Shown piece after piece: positions 1 through 10,600 of a stretch of 64,000 bases of DNA (position 1 is its first letter; each line of letters starts with the position of its first letter). The notes beneath the pieces are model-generated. The model saw nothing but the letters and a program-made list of their open reading frames with translations. It had not been told where the DNA came from and made no database searches. Location of the stretch: contig JACZJJ010000022.1 in NCBI GenBank assembly GCA_014860625.1, positions 11,887 through 75,886 of the forward strand. Direction: 5' to 3'. This stretch comes from Bacteroidales bacterium. Its GTDB lineage: Bacteria; Bacteroidota; Bacteroidia; Bacteroidales; FEN-979. The translations under genes were made by a program, and so were the position numbers.

Positions 1-16
1 AATTCGTAATTCGTAA
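1..16 (+). repeat. Heptamer array (AATTCGT)x2+, cut by the window edge
   Basis: AATTCGT AATTCGT AA; exact reverse complement of 1246-1261. Confidence 0.7.
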
Positions 17-27
17 ATCCCTTCATC

Positions 28-1245
28 GTGTTTCCAATAGAAAAAATCAGAGCTGATTTCCCCATCCTGCAGACAAAGGTCTACAACAAACCTCTTGTCT
101 ATTTCGACAACGCAGCAACCACACAGAAGCCAAAACAGGTGATTCAGGCGATTTCCACTTATTACGAGAAAGAGAATTGCAACATCCACCGCGGAGTTCA
201 TTTCCTGAGTGTCAAAGCTACGGAAGCATACGAGGAGGCGCGTTGTGCGATACGGGATTTTATAGGAGCGAAACATGCACATGAAATCATCTTTACACGC
301 GGAACGACCGAAGCCATTAATCTTGTGGCTTATTCTTTCGGTAAAAAATATATCAGCGCGGGAGATGAAGTGATTACATCGGTGATGGAACACCACTCAA
401 ATTTTGTTCCCTGGCAGCAGATGTGCCTTGAGCAGAAAGCCACCCTGAAATTCATTCCCTTGCTGGAGGATGGCTCTCTGGATATTCCCGCATTCCGGAA
501 CCTGATCAGCGAAAAAACCCGCCTCGTGGCAATTACCCATATCTCCAACGTGCTCGGAACGATCAATCCGATAGAGAAGATCATTGCCATAGCACACGAG
601 AAAGATATTCCGGTGTTGGTAGACGGGGCGCAGTCTGTGGCGCATACGACGGTGGATGTTCAGTCTCTGGATGCTGATTTTTATTGTTTCAGCGGCCACA
701 AGATGTATGCTCCGATGGGTATTGGCGTCCTCTATGGAAAAGAGCACTGGCTTGAAGAGATGCCTCCATACCAGATGGGTGGAGAGATGATCAAAGAGGT
801 CTTTTTTACACACACCACATTCAACGAACTTCCTTTTAAGTTTGAAGCCGGTACACCCAATGTGGAAGGAGTCCTGGGCTTGCATACAGCAATCCGGTAT
901 ATGCTGGATACGGGAATGGACCGGATTGAAGGTTACGAGCAGGAGCTTCTCGATTATGCCACCCAACGGCTTCTTGGAATTGAAGGCCTTAAGATTTATG
1001 GTACCGCAAAACACAAAGCCAGCCTGATCTCCTTTCTGATGCACGGCATCCATCCCTATGATGCCGGAATGATCATTGATAAACTGGGGGTTGCTGTTCG
1101 TACCGGGCACCATTGCGCCATGCCACTGATGGAGTACCTGCATATTCCCGGCACCATCAGGGCCTCGTTTGCTTTTTACAACACAAAAGAGGAGATCGAC
1201 CGGCTGGTTGAAGCAGTTGTGACAGCAAAGGAGATGCTACTTTAA
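28..1245 (+). CDS. sufS: Cysteine desulfurase SufS
   Basis: FDNAATTQKP, NIHRG, PLP lysine motif SGHKM, RTGHHCAMP; GTG start. Confidence 0.96.
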   Translation: MFPIEKIRADFPILQTKVYNKPLVYFDNAATTQKPKQVIQAISTYYEKENCNIHRGVHFLSVKATEAYEEARCAIRDFIGAKHAHEIIFTRGTTEAINLVAYSFGKKYISAGDEVITSVMEHHSNFVPWQQMCLEQKATLKFIPLLEDGSLDIPAFRNLISEKTRLVAITHISNVLGTINPIEKIIAIAHEKDIPVLVDGAQSVAHTTVDVQSLDADFYCFSGHKMYAPMGIGVLYGKEHWLEEMPPYQMGGEMIKEVFFTHTTFNELPFKFEAGTPNVEGVLGLHTAIRYMLDTGMDRIEGYEQELLDYATQRLLGIEGLKIYGTAKHKASLISFLMHGIHPYDAGMIIDKLGVAVRTGHHCAMPLMEYLHIPGTIRASFAFYNTKEEIDRLVEAVVTAKEMLL

Positions 1246-1294
1246 TTACGAATTACGAATTACGAAGAGCGAAATGCGAATAGCGAATAGCGAA
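1244..1294 (+). repeat. Heptamer array AAnnnCG x7
   Basis: AATTACG x3, AAGAGCG, AAATGCG, AATAGCG x2 in register; contains the ATG of the next gene. Confidence 0.9.
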
Positions 1295-2776
1295 CGGCAA
1301 AACCCCACCCTTCTCCAGGTCAATACCCGCGTTTATCTCACTGAACTCTCCCGGAAGTTGAAACGTGGTACAACCCTCGACGACATCCCCGAAGAGGAGA
1401 TCGAAAGCTGGGCGAACGCTGGTTTTGACTGGATTTACATGCTCAGCGTCTGGCAAACCGGCGAAGCAGGAAGGCAGATCTCCCGGTCCAATTCGCAGTG
1501 GAGAAGAGAATTTGAGGAGACACTCGATGACCTGGAAGAATCCGATATCATCGGCTCTGGGTTTGCCATCAAAGAATATAAAGTAACCAGTTCGATCGGA
1601 GGAGCAGAGGCCCTGAAACGGCTGAGGGAGCGGATTGCCGGATATGGCATGAAGCTGATGCTCGATTTTGTGCCCAACCATATGGCCCCCGATCATCCCT
1701 GGGTAGAGAATCACCCCGATTTTTTCATCAGGGGAACAGAAGCAGACATCCTCCGGGCTCCTGAAAATTTCACATGGATAGACCGAACCCAGGGAGAGCT
1801 GGTTCTTGCCTATGGCCGCGACCCATATTTCTCGGGCTGGCCCGACACCATTCAACTGAATTATGGCAATGTTCACCTACAGGAAGCTATGAAGGAAGAG
1901 CTCCTGCAGATTGCTTCTCAATGTGATGGGGTGCGATGCGACATGGCAATGCTGCTACTCCCGGAAATCTTCGCAAACACCTGGAGTATCCGGGTCGAAC
2001 CTTTCTGGCCGGATGCCATTCAACGGGTAAAAAAGGATGTTCCCGGATTTGTGATGATGGGGGAGGTTTACTGGGACCTTGAGTGGGAGATGCAACAACA
2101 GGGCTTCGATTTTACCTACGACAAACGGCTATACGATCGCTTGCGTACCCTGGAAGCCACTCCGGTGCGCGACCACCTGAGGGCCGATATCAATTACCAG
2201 GAGAGACTGGCCCGTTTCCTGGAGAATCATGATGAACAGCGGGTTGCACGGGCATTTCCATGGGATCAGCATCAGGCGGCAGCCATTCTTACTTTCCTTA
2301 CACCCGGACTGAAGTTTTTCCACAAGGGTGAGTGTCAGGGAAAGAAGGTAAAAATCTCTCCCCATCTGGGACGTGGTCCAGTTGAAAAACCAAACAAAAT
2401 CACGGAAGCCTTCTATGCACAACTTCTCACACTCATAAAAAGACCTCTTTTTCATGAAGGGGAGTGGCAGCTTCTGGAATCTGTACCTGCCTGGGATGAA
2501 AATCAAACCAACCAGGATTTCATTGCTTTCTCATGGGAATATCAGGAATCGAAGGTCGTGGCAATCGTCAATTACGCCTCCTGCCAGGGGCAAGCATTGA
2601 TTCGACTTCCATTCGCAGAAATAGTGGGAGAGAGAGTCTCACTGAAGGAGATTTTCGTGGATAACATCTATCACCGTGACGGTACCGAACTGAATCAGCG
2701 CGGACTCTATGTTGACCTTCCCGGCTGGGGATACCACCTTTTTGAATTACGAATGACGAACCGGAGCGAAGCGTAG
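1274..2776 (+). CDS. GH13 alpha-amylase family glycosidase, no signal peptide
   Basis: DFVPNH, DGVRCDMAM, GEVYW, FLENHDE conserved regions. Confidence 0.88.
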   Translation: MRIANSERQNPTLLQVNTRVYLTELSRKLKRGTTLDDIPEEEIESWANAGFDWIYMLSVWQTGEAGRQISRSNSQWRREFEETLDDLEESDIIGSGFAIKEYKVTSSIGGAEALKRLRERIAGYGMKLMLDFVPNHMAPDHPWVENHPDFFIRGTEADILRAPENFTWIDRTQGELVLAYGRDPYFSGWPDTIQLNYGNVHLQEAMKEELLQIASQCDGVRCDMAMLLLPEIFANTWSIRVEPFWPDAIQRVKKDVPGFVMMGEVYWDLEWEMQQQGFDFTYDKRLYDRLRTLEATPVRDHLRADINYQERLARFLENHDEQRVARAFPWDQHQAAAILTFLTPGLKFFHKGECQGKKVKISPHLGRGPVEKPNKITEAFYAQLLTLIKRPLFHEGEWQLLESVPAWDENQTNQDFIAFSWEYQESKVVAIVNYASCQGQALIRLPFAEIVGERVSLKEIFVDNIYHRDGTELNQRGLYVDLPGWGYHLFELRMTNRSEA

Positions 2777-2836
2777 CTCGGCGAAGCCAATGAGGATTGA
2801 CGAATTTATATCCCTTATCCCGTATCGCGTATCATA
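2744..2836 (+). repeat. Heptamer arrays (GAATGAC-type, TATCCCG-type) with a nested 28-bp hairpin element
   Basis: GAATTAC GAATGAC GAA[CCGGAGCGAAGCGTAGCTCGGCGAAGCC]AATGAG GATTGAC; then TATCCCT TATCCCG TATCGCG TATCATA. Confidence 0.8.
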
Positions 2837-2848
2837 TTACAGAAGTTG

Positions 2849-2856
2849 TATATTTG
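2849..2856 (+). promoter_or_regulatory. Bacteroidota -7 promoter element for sufE
   Basis: TATATTTG matches TAnnTTTG, 21 nt before the ATG. Confidence 0.6.
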
Positions 2857-2877
2857 CAATCCAAAGTACTTTAACGT

Positions 2878-3309
2878 ATGACTATCTCTGAAATTGAAGC
2901 CGAAATTGTCAGTGAATTCTCCCTCTTCGAAGATTGGATGGATAAATACAATTACCTGATTGAGCTTGGGAAATCACTTCCGGTGATCGATCCGAAATAC
3001 AAAACGGAGCAGTACATCATCTCAGGTTGCCAGTCTCAGGTATGGCTTCATGCAGAGTACAGGGAGGGGAAGGTGGTTTATACGGCTGACAGTGATGCGA
3101 TTATCACGAAAGGAATCGTCAGTCTGCTCATCCGGGTGCTGGCGAATCAATCGCCGAAGGATATTGTGGAGGCCAACCTCGATTTCATCGATACGATAGG
3201 CCTTAGAGAACACCTCTCACCAACCCGCTCCAACGGCCTGAATTCTATGATCAAACAGATGAAACTCTATGCTGTGGTATTCCAGCAGAAGTATGGTGAA
3301 AGGTCATGA
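2878..3309 (+). CDS. sufE: SufE sulfur acceptor
   Basis: GCQSQVW, ADSDAIITKG, LSPTRSNGL. Confidence 0.95.
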   Translation: MTISEIEAEIVSEFSLFEDWMDKYNYLIELGKSLPVIDPKYKTEQYIISGCQSQVWLHAEYREGKVVYTADSDAIITKGIVSLLIRVLANQSPKDIVEANLDFIDTIGLREHLSPTRSNGLNSMIKQMKLYAVVFQQKYGERS

Positions 3310-3393
3310 AGTCATGAGGTCATGAGGTCATGACTGCCCACTGCCAACTGCCGACTGCCGACTGCCCACTGGCTACTGCCCACTGCCCACTGG
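3301..3393 (+). repeat. Octamer array (AGGTCATG)x4 abutting heptamer array (ACTGCCn)x8
   Basis: Fills the whole junction between convergent sufE and pspC and overlaps both stop codons. Confidence 0.92.
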
Positions 3394-3582
3394 TTCTTCC
3401 GGTACAATGATCCAGGCGATAATGTAGGCCAGGAGGCCCATCCCGCCGGCAAAAAACATCACAGCCCATAAAACCCTGAGCAAGACCGGGTCTACTTTGA
3501 AATATTCTCCTAGTCCGCCGCAGACACCACCGATGATCCTGTCTCTTCTTGAACGGTATAATCTTCTTAACTCTTCAGTCAT
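3373..3582 (-). CDS. pspC: PspC domain protein (69 aa)
   Basis: RRLYRSRRDRIIGGVCGGLGEYF...AYIIAWIIVPEE; start reassigned to MTEE. Confidence 0.88.
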   Translation of the reverse strand: MTEELRRLYRSRRDRIIGGVCGGLGEYFKVDPVLLRVLWAVMFFAGGMGLLAYIIAWIIVPEEPVGSGQ

Positions 3583-3703
3583 GATTTTTGGATTTTGGTT
3601 TAGGCCACGAAGATAAAAGGAATCGTTACACAGACCAAAACACCTATCGGTGAGTTGCCGGAAATCGTCGTTAAAATGGTTAATTTTGCAGAAAGAAGTA
3701 TTT

Positions 3704-4021
3704 ATGGACCTGAAAAAATTCGAAATGGAAAACAAGGTCATCTCTGCCCTGCGGCAGGTATATGACCCTGAAATACCGGTTAACATTTACGACCTTGGTT
3801 TGATCTACGATCTGCGACTGGACGATTCCTTCAATGTGAATGTCCTGATGACGCTCACTACACCCAATTGTCCTGTTGCCGAAGATATGCCCGGAATGGT
3901 GAAAAGTGAAATCAAGTTGATTGAAGGCATCGGGGAGGTGAATGTTGAGTTAACGTTCGAACCTCCCTGGGACATGGAAAAACTGACCGACGAAGCCAAG
4001 CTCGAACTCGGCATGCTCTAA
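3704..4021 (+). CDS. sufT: SufT/DUF59 Fe-S assembly protein
   Basis: VYDPEIPVNIYDLGLIY, MTLTTPNCPVA, FEPPW; TAATTTTG at 3681-3688 supports start 3704. Confidence 0.88.
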   Translation: MDLKKFEMENKVISALRQVYDPEIPVNIYDLGLIYDLRLDDSFNVNVLMTLTTPNCPVAEDMPGMVKSEIKLIEGIGEVNVELTFEPPWDMEKLTDEAKLELGML

Positions 4022-4064
4022 CCCGTCTAACTTGTCCAACTTGTCCAACTTGTCCAACTTTTCC
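4020..4064 (+). repeat. Nonamer array (AACTTGTCC)x3 plus two degenerate units
   Basis: Read directly; followed by TACCTTTG promoter element at 4066-4073. Confidence 0.88.
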
Positions 4065-4094
4065 CTACCTTTGTCTACCCAAAAACTCCAGCAC

Positions 4095-5993
4095 ATGACC
4101 CCTGCAATCGGGCCGTTATTAGCGAACATTGATTCACCCGACGATCTCAAGAAATTGTCTGTTGAGGAATTGCCGAAACTGTGTGATGAGATCCGTTCGC
4201 TGATCATTGATGTGATCTCTGTCAACCAGGGTCATCTGGGAGCTAGCCTGGGAACGGTCGACTTGGCTGTTGCGCTTCATTACGTGTTTGACACGCCCAA
4301 AGACAAAGTGATTTGGGATGTAGGGCATCAGGCTTATGCGCATAAAATTCTGACAGGAAGGAAAGGGATGTTCCACACCATCCGGATGTATAAGGGGATC
4401 AGTGGATTCCCCAAGATGTCGGAGAGTGAATACGATGCATTTGGGGTCGGTCACTCCTCCACTTCTATCTCCGCTGCCCTGGGGATGGGCGTTGCAGCCA
4501 GACTCAGCGGAAACGGTAATCATCATCAGGTAGCTGTGATTGGTGATGGAGCTATGACTGGCGGGATGGCCATGGAGGCTCTCAACAATGCAGGAGTATC
4601 CAATGCCAACCTGCTGGTTATTCTCAATGACAACCAGATCGCCATTGATAAAAATGTTGGTGCCATCAAAGATTACCTGGCTGATATTGTAACCAGCCGG
4701 ACATATAACAAAATCCGTGATAAGATATGGTTCCTCATGGGAGGTGGTACCAAATACGGGAAGAATTCCAGGGCCGTGGTCAAGCAGCTCGGAAATGCGG
4801 TAAAATCCTCCATTTTAACCCGCAGCAACCTGTTTGAAGCTTTTAACTTTCGCTATTTCGGTCCGGTTGATGGGAACGATGTCATCCGTCTCGTGAAGTT
4901 GTTGTCGGACCTCAAGGTTATTCATGGTCCGAAGTTGTTGCACTTGAGTACAGTCAAAGGAAAGGGGTTTGAGAAAGCCGAAAAGGACCAAACGAGTTAT
5001 CATGCTCCGGGTGTCTTTGACCGGACTACCGGCGTGATCAAGGAGGATAAATGCCACGGACTGGCTCCCAAGTACCAGACTGTTTTTGGCAGGACGATCA
5101 TCGAACTGGCTGAGAAGAATCCTAAGATAGTGGGAGTCACACCAGCTATGGCTTCAGGCTGTTCGCTCAATATTATGATGAACAAGATGCCTGACCGGGC
5201 TTTTGACGTGGGCATTGCCGAGCAGCATGCGGTCACCTTCTCGGCCGGATTGGCCACCGAAGGATATATCCCGTTTTGTAATATCTACAGTACATTTATG
5301 CAACGGGCTTATGATCAGGTTATTCACGATGTGGCCCTCCAAAAGCTGCATGTTGTTTTTTGTTTAGACCGGGGCGGACTTGTTGGAGAGGATGGCCCAA
5401 CTCATCATGGGGCATTTGACCTTGCTTATTTGCGCTGCATTCCCAACCTCATCGTGGCCTCACCATTGAATGAAGAGGAGCTTCGAAACCTGATGTATAC
5501 AGCTCAACATGATGGCATGGGGCCTTTCGCCATCCGCTATCCCAGGGGAAGAGGGGTGATGCCGCAATGGAAAACCGATTTTCGGCTTCTAAAACCCGGC
5601 GTCGGTAGGATGATCAGGGAAGGAAAAGAGATAGCGATACTCTCAATCGGTCATGTCGGAAATGAAGTGGTGAAAGCATGTGAAACGCTTGAAAAGGAAG
5701 GAGTATCAATTGCCCATGGGGATATGCGTTTCCTGAAGCCACTGGATGAAGAGCTTTTGCATGCAATTTTAAAAAGCTATAAAACTATTATCACGGTTGA
5801 AGACGGAACCATTATTGGGGGTCTTGGCAGTGCGGTGATTGAATTCATCAGTGAGCACAATTATGCAGCGAAGGTCAAACGTTTGGGCATCCCCGACCGG
5901 TTTGTTGGCCAGGGATCACCGGAAGATCTTTACCGGGAATGCGGATTCGACGCACATGGTATTGAAGAGGCTGTGAAAAGTATAAAATTATGA
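4095..5993 (+). CDS. dxs: 1-deoxy-D-xylulose-5-phosphate synthase
   Basis: WDVGHQAY, GDGAMTGG, DVGIAEQHAVT, DRGGLVGEDGPTHHG; start moved downstream of repeat and promoter. Confidence 0.96.
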   Translation: MTPAIGPLLANIDSPDDLKKLSVEELPKLCDEIRSLIIDVISVNQGHLGASLGTVDLAVALHYVFDTPKDKVIWDVGHQAYAHKILTGRKGMFHTIRMYKGISGFPKMSESEYDAFGVGHSSTSISAALGMGVAARLSGNGNHHQVAVIGDGAMTGGMAMEALNNAGVSNANLLVILNDNQIAIDKNVGAIKDYLADIVTSRTYNKIRDKIWFLMGGGTKYGKNSRAVVKQLGNAVKSSILTRSNLFEAFNFRYFGPVDGNDVIRLVKLLSDLKVIHGPKLLHLSTVKGKGFEKAEKDQTSYHAPGVFDRTTGVIKEDKCHGLAPKYQTVFGRTIIELAEKNPKIVGVTPAMASGCSLNIMMNKMPDRAFDVGIAEQHAVTFSAGLATEGYIPFCNIYSTFMQRAYDQVIHDVALQKLHVVFCLDRGGLVGEDGPTHHGAFDLAYLRCIPNLIVASPLNEEELRNLMYTAQHDGMGPFAIRYPRGRGVMPQWKTDFRLLKPGVGRMIREGKEIAILSIGHVGNEVVKACETLEKEGVSIAHGDMRFLKPLDEELLHAILKSYKTIITVEDGTIIGGLGSAVIEFISEHNYAAKVKRLGIPDRFVGQGSPEDLYRECGFDAHGIEEAVKSIKL

Positions 5994-6787
5994 ACCGAAT
6001 TGCAATCGTCACAGGCGCGTATGGTGCCATTGGCAAAGCCATCGTCCGGGGAATCGCAGAATACGGGATGGAGGTCATCCTGGTTGGGCGGGACGAAGCG
6101 AAGTTAAAGAAAACCATTCAAGAGGTCATGGACCTATTCCCTGATGCCGCTTTGGGATATGCTGCTGTGGATCTATCACGCGAACGGGAGATCCAGGCAT
6201 TCGCCGAAGCCTGGAAAGGACCTTTGCAAGTGCTGGTGAACAACGCTGCAAGTTGTCCCCGGGCCCGGACTGAAACACCTGAAGGAATCGAGATGCAGTG
6301 GGCAACCAATGTACTTGGGTATTATTGGATGATCAGGTATCTCTCCCCCCATATGAAGGAACAGAAGGATGCCCGGATTGTCAACGTGGCGAGTTACTGG
6401 GCAGGTGGGTTAACTTTCAGTGACCTTGAATTCAAGACAAGGTATTACGATAACGATGAATCCTACCGGCAATCGAAACAGGCAAACAGGATGCTGTCGG
6501 CCGGCTTCGCTACGAGGCTTAAAGGAGCCGGAACAGGAGTCAATGCATGCCATCCGGGCGATGTGGTTTCAAAAGTGAGCAGCGATCTGGGGTATGGTGG
6601 GAGTGACACTCCTGAACAGGGAGCCGACACCCCGGTTTGGCTGGCTACATCAACTGAAGCTGAGGGGAAAAGCGGTCACTATTTTGAACATAGGGAAAAA
6701 CGGCATTGCCCCTTTATGAACGATACCAAAGGTGTTGAACAGTTGATGGAAATATGTGAAGGTTATTCGGAAAAAAAGGCCGTATAG
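5990..6787 (+). CDS. SDR family NAD(P)-dependent oxidoreductase
   Basis: TGAYGAIG, LVNNAA, YRQSK, HPGDV. Confidence 0.88.
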   Translation: MNRIAIVTGAYGAIGKAIVRGIAEYGMEVILVGRDEAKLKKTIQEVMDLFPDAALGYAAVDLSREREIQAFAEAWKGPLQVLVNNAASCPRARTETPEGIEMQWATNVLGYYWMIRYLSPHMKEQKDARIVNVASYWAGGLTFSDLEFKTRYYDNDESYRQSKQANRMLSAGFATRLKGAGTGVNACHPGDVVSKVSSDLGYGGSDTPEQGADTPVWLATSTEAEGKSGHYFEHREKRHCPFMNDTKGVEQLMEICEGYSEKKAV

Positions 6788-7614
6788 GAGGTGATATACG
6801 TCCACTCTTCCGGCACAGGAAATTTGTTCGCCGTTTGAAAAAGGCCCGAAATTCCCTCTTCTCTGAGAGAGAGATCAAAATGGGCAATCGCAATTCCAAG
6901 ATCAATCCGCTGAAGGTCTACTGTTTTATAGGACTCTTTTACCACCTTATTCCGTGCAAGGAAAAAGTGAAACTGCTTTCCCTCCTTGATAATACGCCAG
7001 GGCTGGGCATTGTTGGCTGATGGGGCAATCCGGACCATTTCCAGGGCGTTGGCAAAGATGCCCGCCGCCTCCTTCGTCAATGGCTTGGAAAGCGTTCTGT
7101 CGAAAAAAAGTTCCGACCACTCTTTCCTGCTTTTCGAGCGTGCAAGATATTTAATCACTCTCTCCCTAAATCCCTGCTTTTCGCCAGGAAATCCGATGGG
7201 CGTTATTGCCGGGATGATCTCCCCATCGTGAAATGTCGTGGTTTTGGCATACTCACTCCGGCGGAATGTACCGCCGATCCAACAGGTACCCAATCCCATC
7301 CGGGTGAACTGAATTATTTTTCGCTCCAACACATAGCCGTAATCCTCCATGTTCAAATGAGCACCCTTGGTTACCGTTCCGGCGATGATATACCGTAGTC
7401 CACTGATAAAACCATAGGTTCCCAGCTTTACTGGTTCGTTGCGGTAAGATTCGGAATCAATTAACCAAAACCGACACATGTTCCCAAAAGGACCCTCATT
7501 TTCGGTCGTCAGAATATCAAAGATTTCTGACAACTTTTTGCCAGGGAGTTCATGGGATGAGTATTTTCTGATTGAAGTCCTTGCCTTGATCGCTTCGGTC
7601 GTATGACGATTCAT
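6763..7614 (-). CDS. Nitroreductase family protein
   Basis: RTSIRKY, GLGTCWIGG, RIAPSANNAQPW. Confidence 0.85.
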   Translation of the reverse strand: MNRHTTEAIKARTSIRKYSSHELPGKKLSEIFDILTTENEGPFGNMCRFWLIDSESYRNEPVKLGTYGFISGLRYIIAGTVTKGAHLNMEDYGYVLERKIIQFTRMGLGTCWIGGTFRRSEYAKTTTFHDGEIIPAITPIGFPGEKQGFRERVIKYLARSKSRKEWSELFFDRTLSKPLTKEAAGIFANALEMVRIAPSANNAQPWRIIKEGKQFHFFLARNKVVKESYKTVDLQRIDLGIAIAHFDLSLREEGISGLFQTANKFPVPEEWTYITSYTAFFSE

Positions 7615-7650
7615 CTGAGTTGCCCTGATTGAAGTAGCAAATATACCAAA

Positions 7651-10600
7651 TTAGTATACGACGAGCTTCTTTATGCAGATGACATTCTCAGCCGCTACTC
7701 TGACAATGTATATCCCGGGAGTCCGTTTCGAAACATCCACCTGGTATTCATTGTTTCGGGATAGATTTTCGAAGGTTTCGCTGCTAACGACAGAGCCGCG
7801 GAGGTCTATCAGGTCGATACTGCCCCGGCCATCCATGGTTTGCGGCATCGTGATGTAAACTTTGTCGGATGTTGGATTGGGGAAGATATGAATCCCTTCA
7901 GAGGCCATTCCGTCTTCTTCAATACCTGCACATATGTTTACGTGGATAAACTTTTTTTTGTGCATGCTCTGTGTATGTTCTCCGTCGGAAATTGTCAGCA
8001 TGACATCGTAAAGTCCGGAAACAGGATACTGCACAGTTGGATTCTTTTCTTCCGAGGTTTCGGGGACTCCTCCCGGAAATTCCCATTGCCAGGACGTTAC
8101 ATTGTCGAACGAGTCGTCGATGAACTGCACGCTGTGCCATTGACAGATATGGGTTGTATCAGCATGGAAATAGGGGAAGGGGCCATCGATGTTTACTTCC
8201 AGGAAGTCGAGATACCGTTTGAATAAGATAGATTTTCGAGAAGGGGGTTCTCCATTGACGAGGTGGCCGAATTCCTTAAAGGTACCGATGGTTTTATAAA
8301 CCGGTCCGGCATAGCCGAACTCTAGACATCTGGGAGGGTTATCCATATTGTTCATCAGGGAAAATCCGTCTCCTTTCGGGATGACTTCAAAGATCGCATA
8401 TGGGGAGGATCCAAGATAGATGTAGTCCATCCCTTCAGTAATGGTTCCATCTACTCCCTCCATATCGTTGAAATAGTAAACGCTCACTCGTTGTGTTGAA
8501 AACCGGAACATCTCCTCAAGCATTTTTGCGGTCCCGTAATACCAGGAGGCATAGCTTTCCATGTATACATTACCTCCGTTGTTCAGGTAGTTGATCAGCT
8601 GATTGGTCTCTGTCGTTGAGAGAGCATAAGATCCGGGATAGGCTGTGCCCAGAATAAGGAAGGCGACAGGATACGTTGTCAAATTCTCAGGGATGGAGGA
8701 GAACTGGTCATATCCGACCTGCAGGCTGTCCATCAGGTGAGTCATCAGGGCCACTGATGTTGTGGAAGAGGTGAGGTTGATCAACGCTACAGGACGGCCT
8801 CCCATCGGAAGTGTGCAAGGATGAATGATCTCAATTGACGACCCATTGGATATCAACAATTCCAGGTTTGTCAAATGTCCGGGAGGTGTACTGCGCGAAG
8901 ATCTCACTGTGAATATTGCATGATAGATAGCCTTTTTACCCAATGTACCTGCAGGAAGTGTGGGAGAGGAGAGGATCTCAAAGAACTCATCCTCTGAGGA
9001 AAGAGTGACGCTTAATTCCTCAGCGGGGAGACTTCCCAGATTGGTAAGTGTGAATGCCAGATCGGCAGTCTCGCCGGCATCCAGCAATGCATTGACACCA
9101 TCCTGAACTTCCATACCGGAAACCTTAAGTTCGATGGCAGATACATCCAGAAAAAACCGATACTCCCAGCTATCCCAACCAGAAGTTGCAACAATGCGAC
9201 AAGGCAGGGAGGTCTGATCAGGGAGCTCAGATTGTACCATAAAGTTAAAAACATCCGAAAGTTCAATGGATTGACCAGCTGCTAACGTTGTGGTTGATAC
9301 GGTACTGTCTGTAATCATCAGCTCAGCCTCATTGCAGTAAAATTTCAGTGTGATCTCTCCCAGTTGATCAGGCGAGATATTGGTCACTTCAAGATTTAAA
9401 GAAGCGGGCTCCCCATGCTGCAGATAGCCCGAATTACTAACTAACTCTTGCCTGATGGTCAATCCTGATGAGAGTTGGAAATGCTTTTCGGTACTCATTC
9501 TCTGCTCGTCGGTTACTCGTACAGCAAGGTCATAGATGGTGCTTTCGTCGGCTCCGGAAATTGCAAGAAGTCCCTGGGGTGAGAGATCAACTGTTAAAGG
9601 TTTTGCAGGGGGGACCCATTTAATGGAATTTCCATATTCGGCATCCAGGTCGAAGATGGGGTGAATCAGGGTATTTTGTTTCTCTCCGGAAGAGAGCCCA
9701 CTCCAGACAATCAGGCTGTTTGGTTCCAGTACAGCAGGGCCGAAGCAGAACGATACTTCACCATTTGGGAAGAGGGTGGCACCAAACTCTACCCTTGTCT
9801 GTTGTTCATGACCAAGAAGAGAGAGTTGCCAGCGGAATCTCACAGAATCTGGAGAGGACGTCATCCATATTCCGTCACCATCAGACAAGCGAATCACAAA
9901 GTCCCATGAAAAGGCGGGAACGATGGCGGAGATATAACCAAACATGTCTGTGGCGCTGCAGAGATAGGGATAAGGGATATGCTCATCCGTAAAATGGATC
10001 ATTCCGTAGGAGTTGACATAAATGGTATCAAAGAGATTTCCAAAAAAAGGAAATTCAAAGGGTAAAGCAACAGTTGCATATGGTTTCCCGGAGCTCTGCG
10101 GAGTAACCTGCTGGCCTTCAAAAGGATTGTATTCAGCGTTTTCTGTTATTTTTTGATAGGGTTGATGAAGAAGCCAGGAATAGGGTGATACTCCACCCTG
10201 AGATTGAAACTGTACCGAATAATTTCCTGATGAGGTGAATGGTGGTAACTCCTCGTTCAGGATCACAGGGAGGTCACAGTCTGCAATGCCTGTAGCCGAC
10301 AAAACCGTAGTTCCATGGTGGTTAATTGTAGTTTCTGTTGGGTTGCAGGGAAAGATGTGGGTAGAGGCCCCGTAGTGGATAAAAGAGGCTTCATGAATTA
10401 TTCCCTGACCTGAATTCAAGGGGTCACGCTCCTCAATGATCAGGAAAAACCTGGCAGGAACACCTGGTTCAATATAACTCAGAAGCGGGGTTACATCTAT
10501 CCCGAACTCCAGCCTGCTTTGTTCAAACACAGAATCAAATCCCTGCATGTAAAGTGGTCCGCCCTGATTCGAAAAAATAGTTGATTGCAACAGATTATCG

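Noticed and set aside
397-1143. Long antisense ORFs (also 1253-1876, 18246-19013, 30841-31527, 41604-42413, 59106-59804)
   Set aside because: Shadows of well-supported genes on the other strand, with no motifs of their own.
4032-4094. N-terminal extension of Dxs (MSNLSNLSN)
   Set aside because: It is the translation of the 9-bp array; a TACCTTTG promoter element inside it favours ATG 4095.
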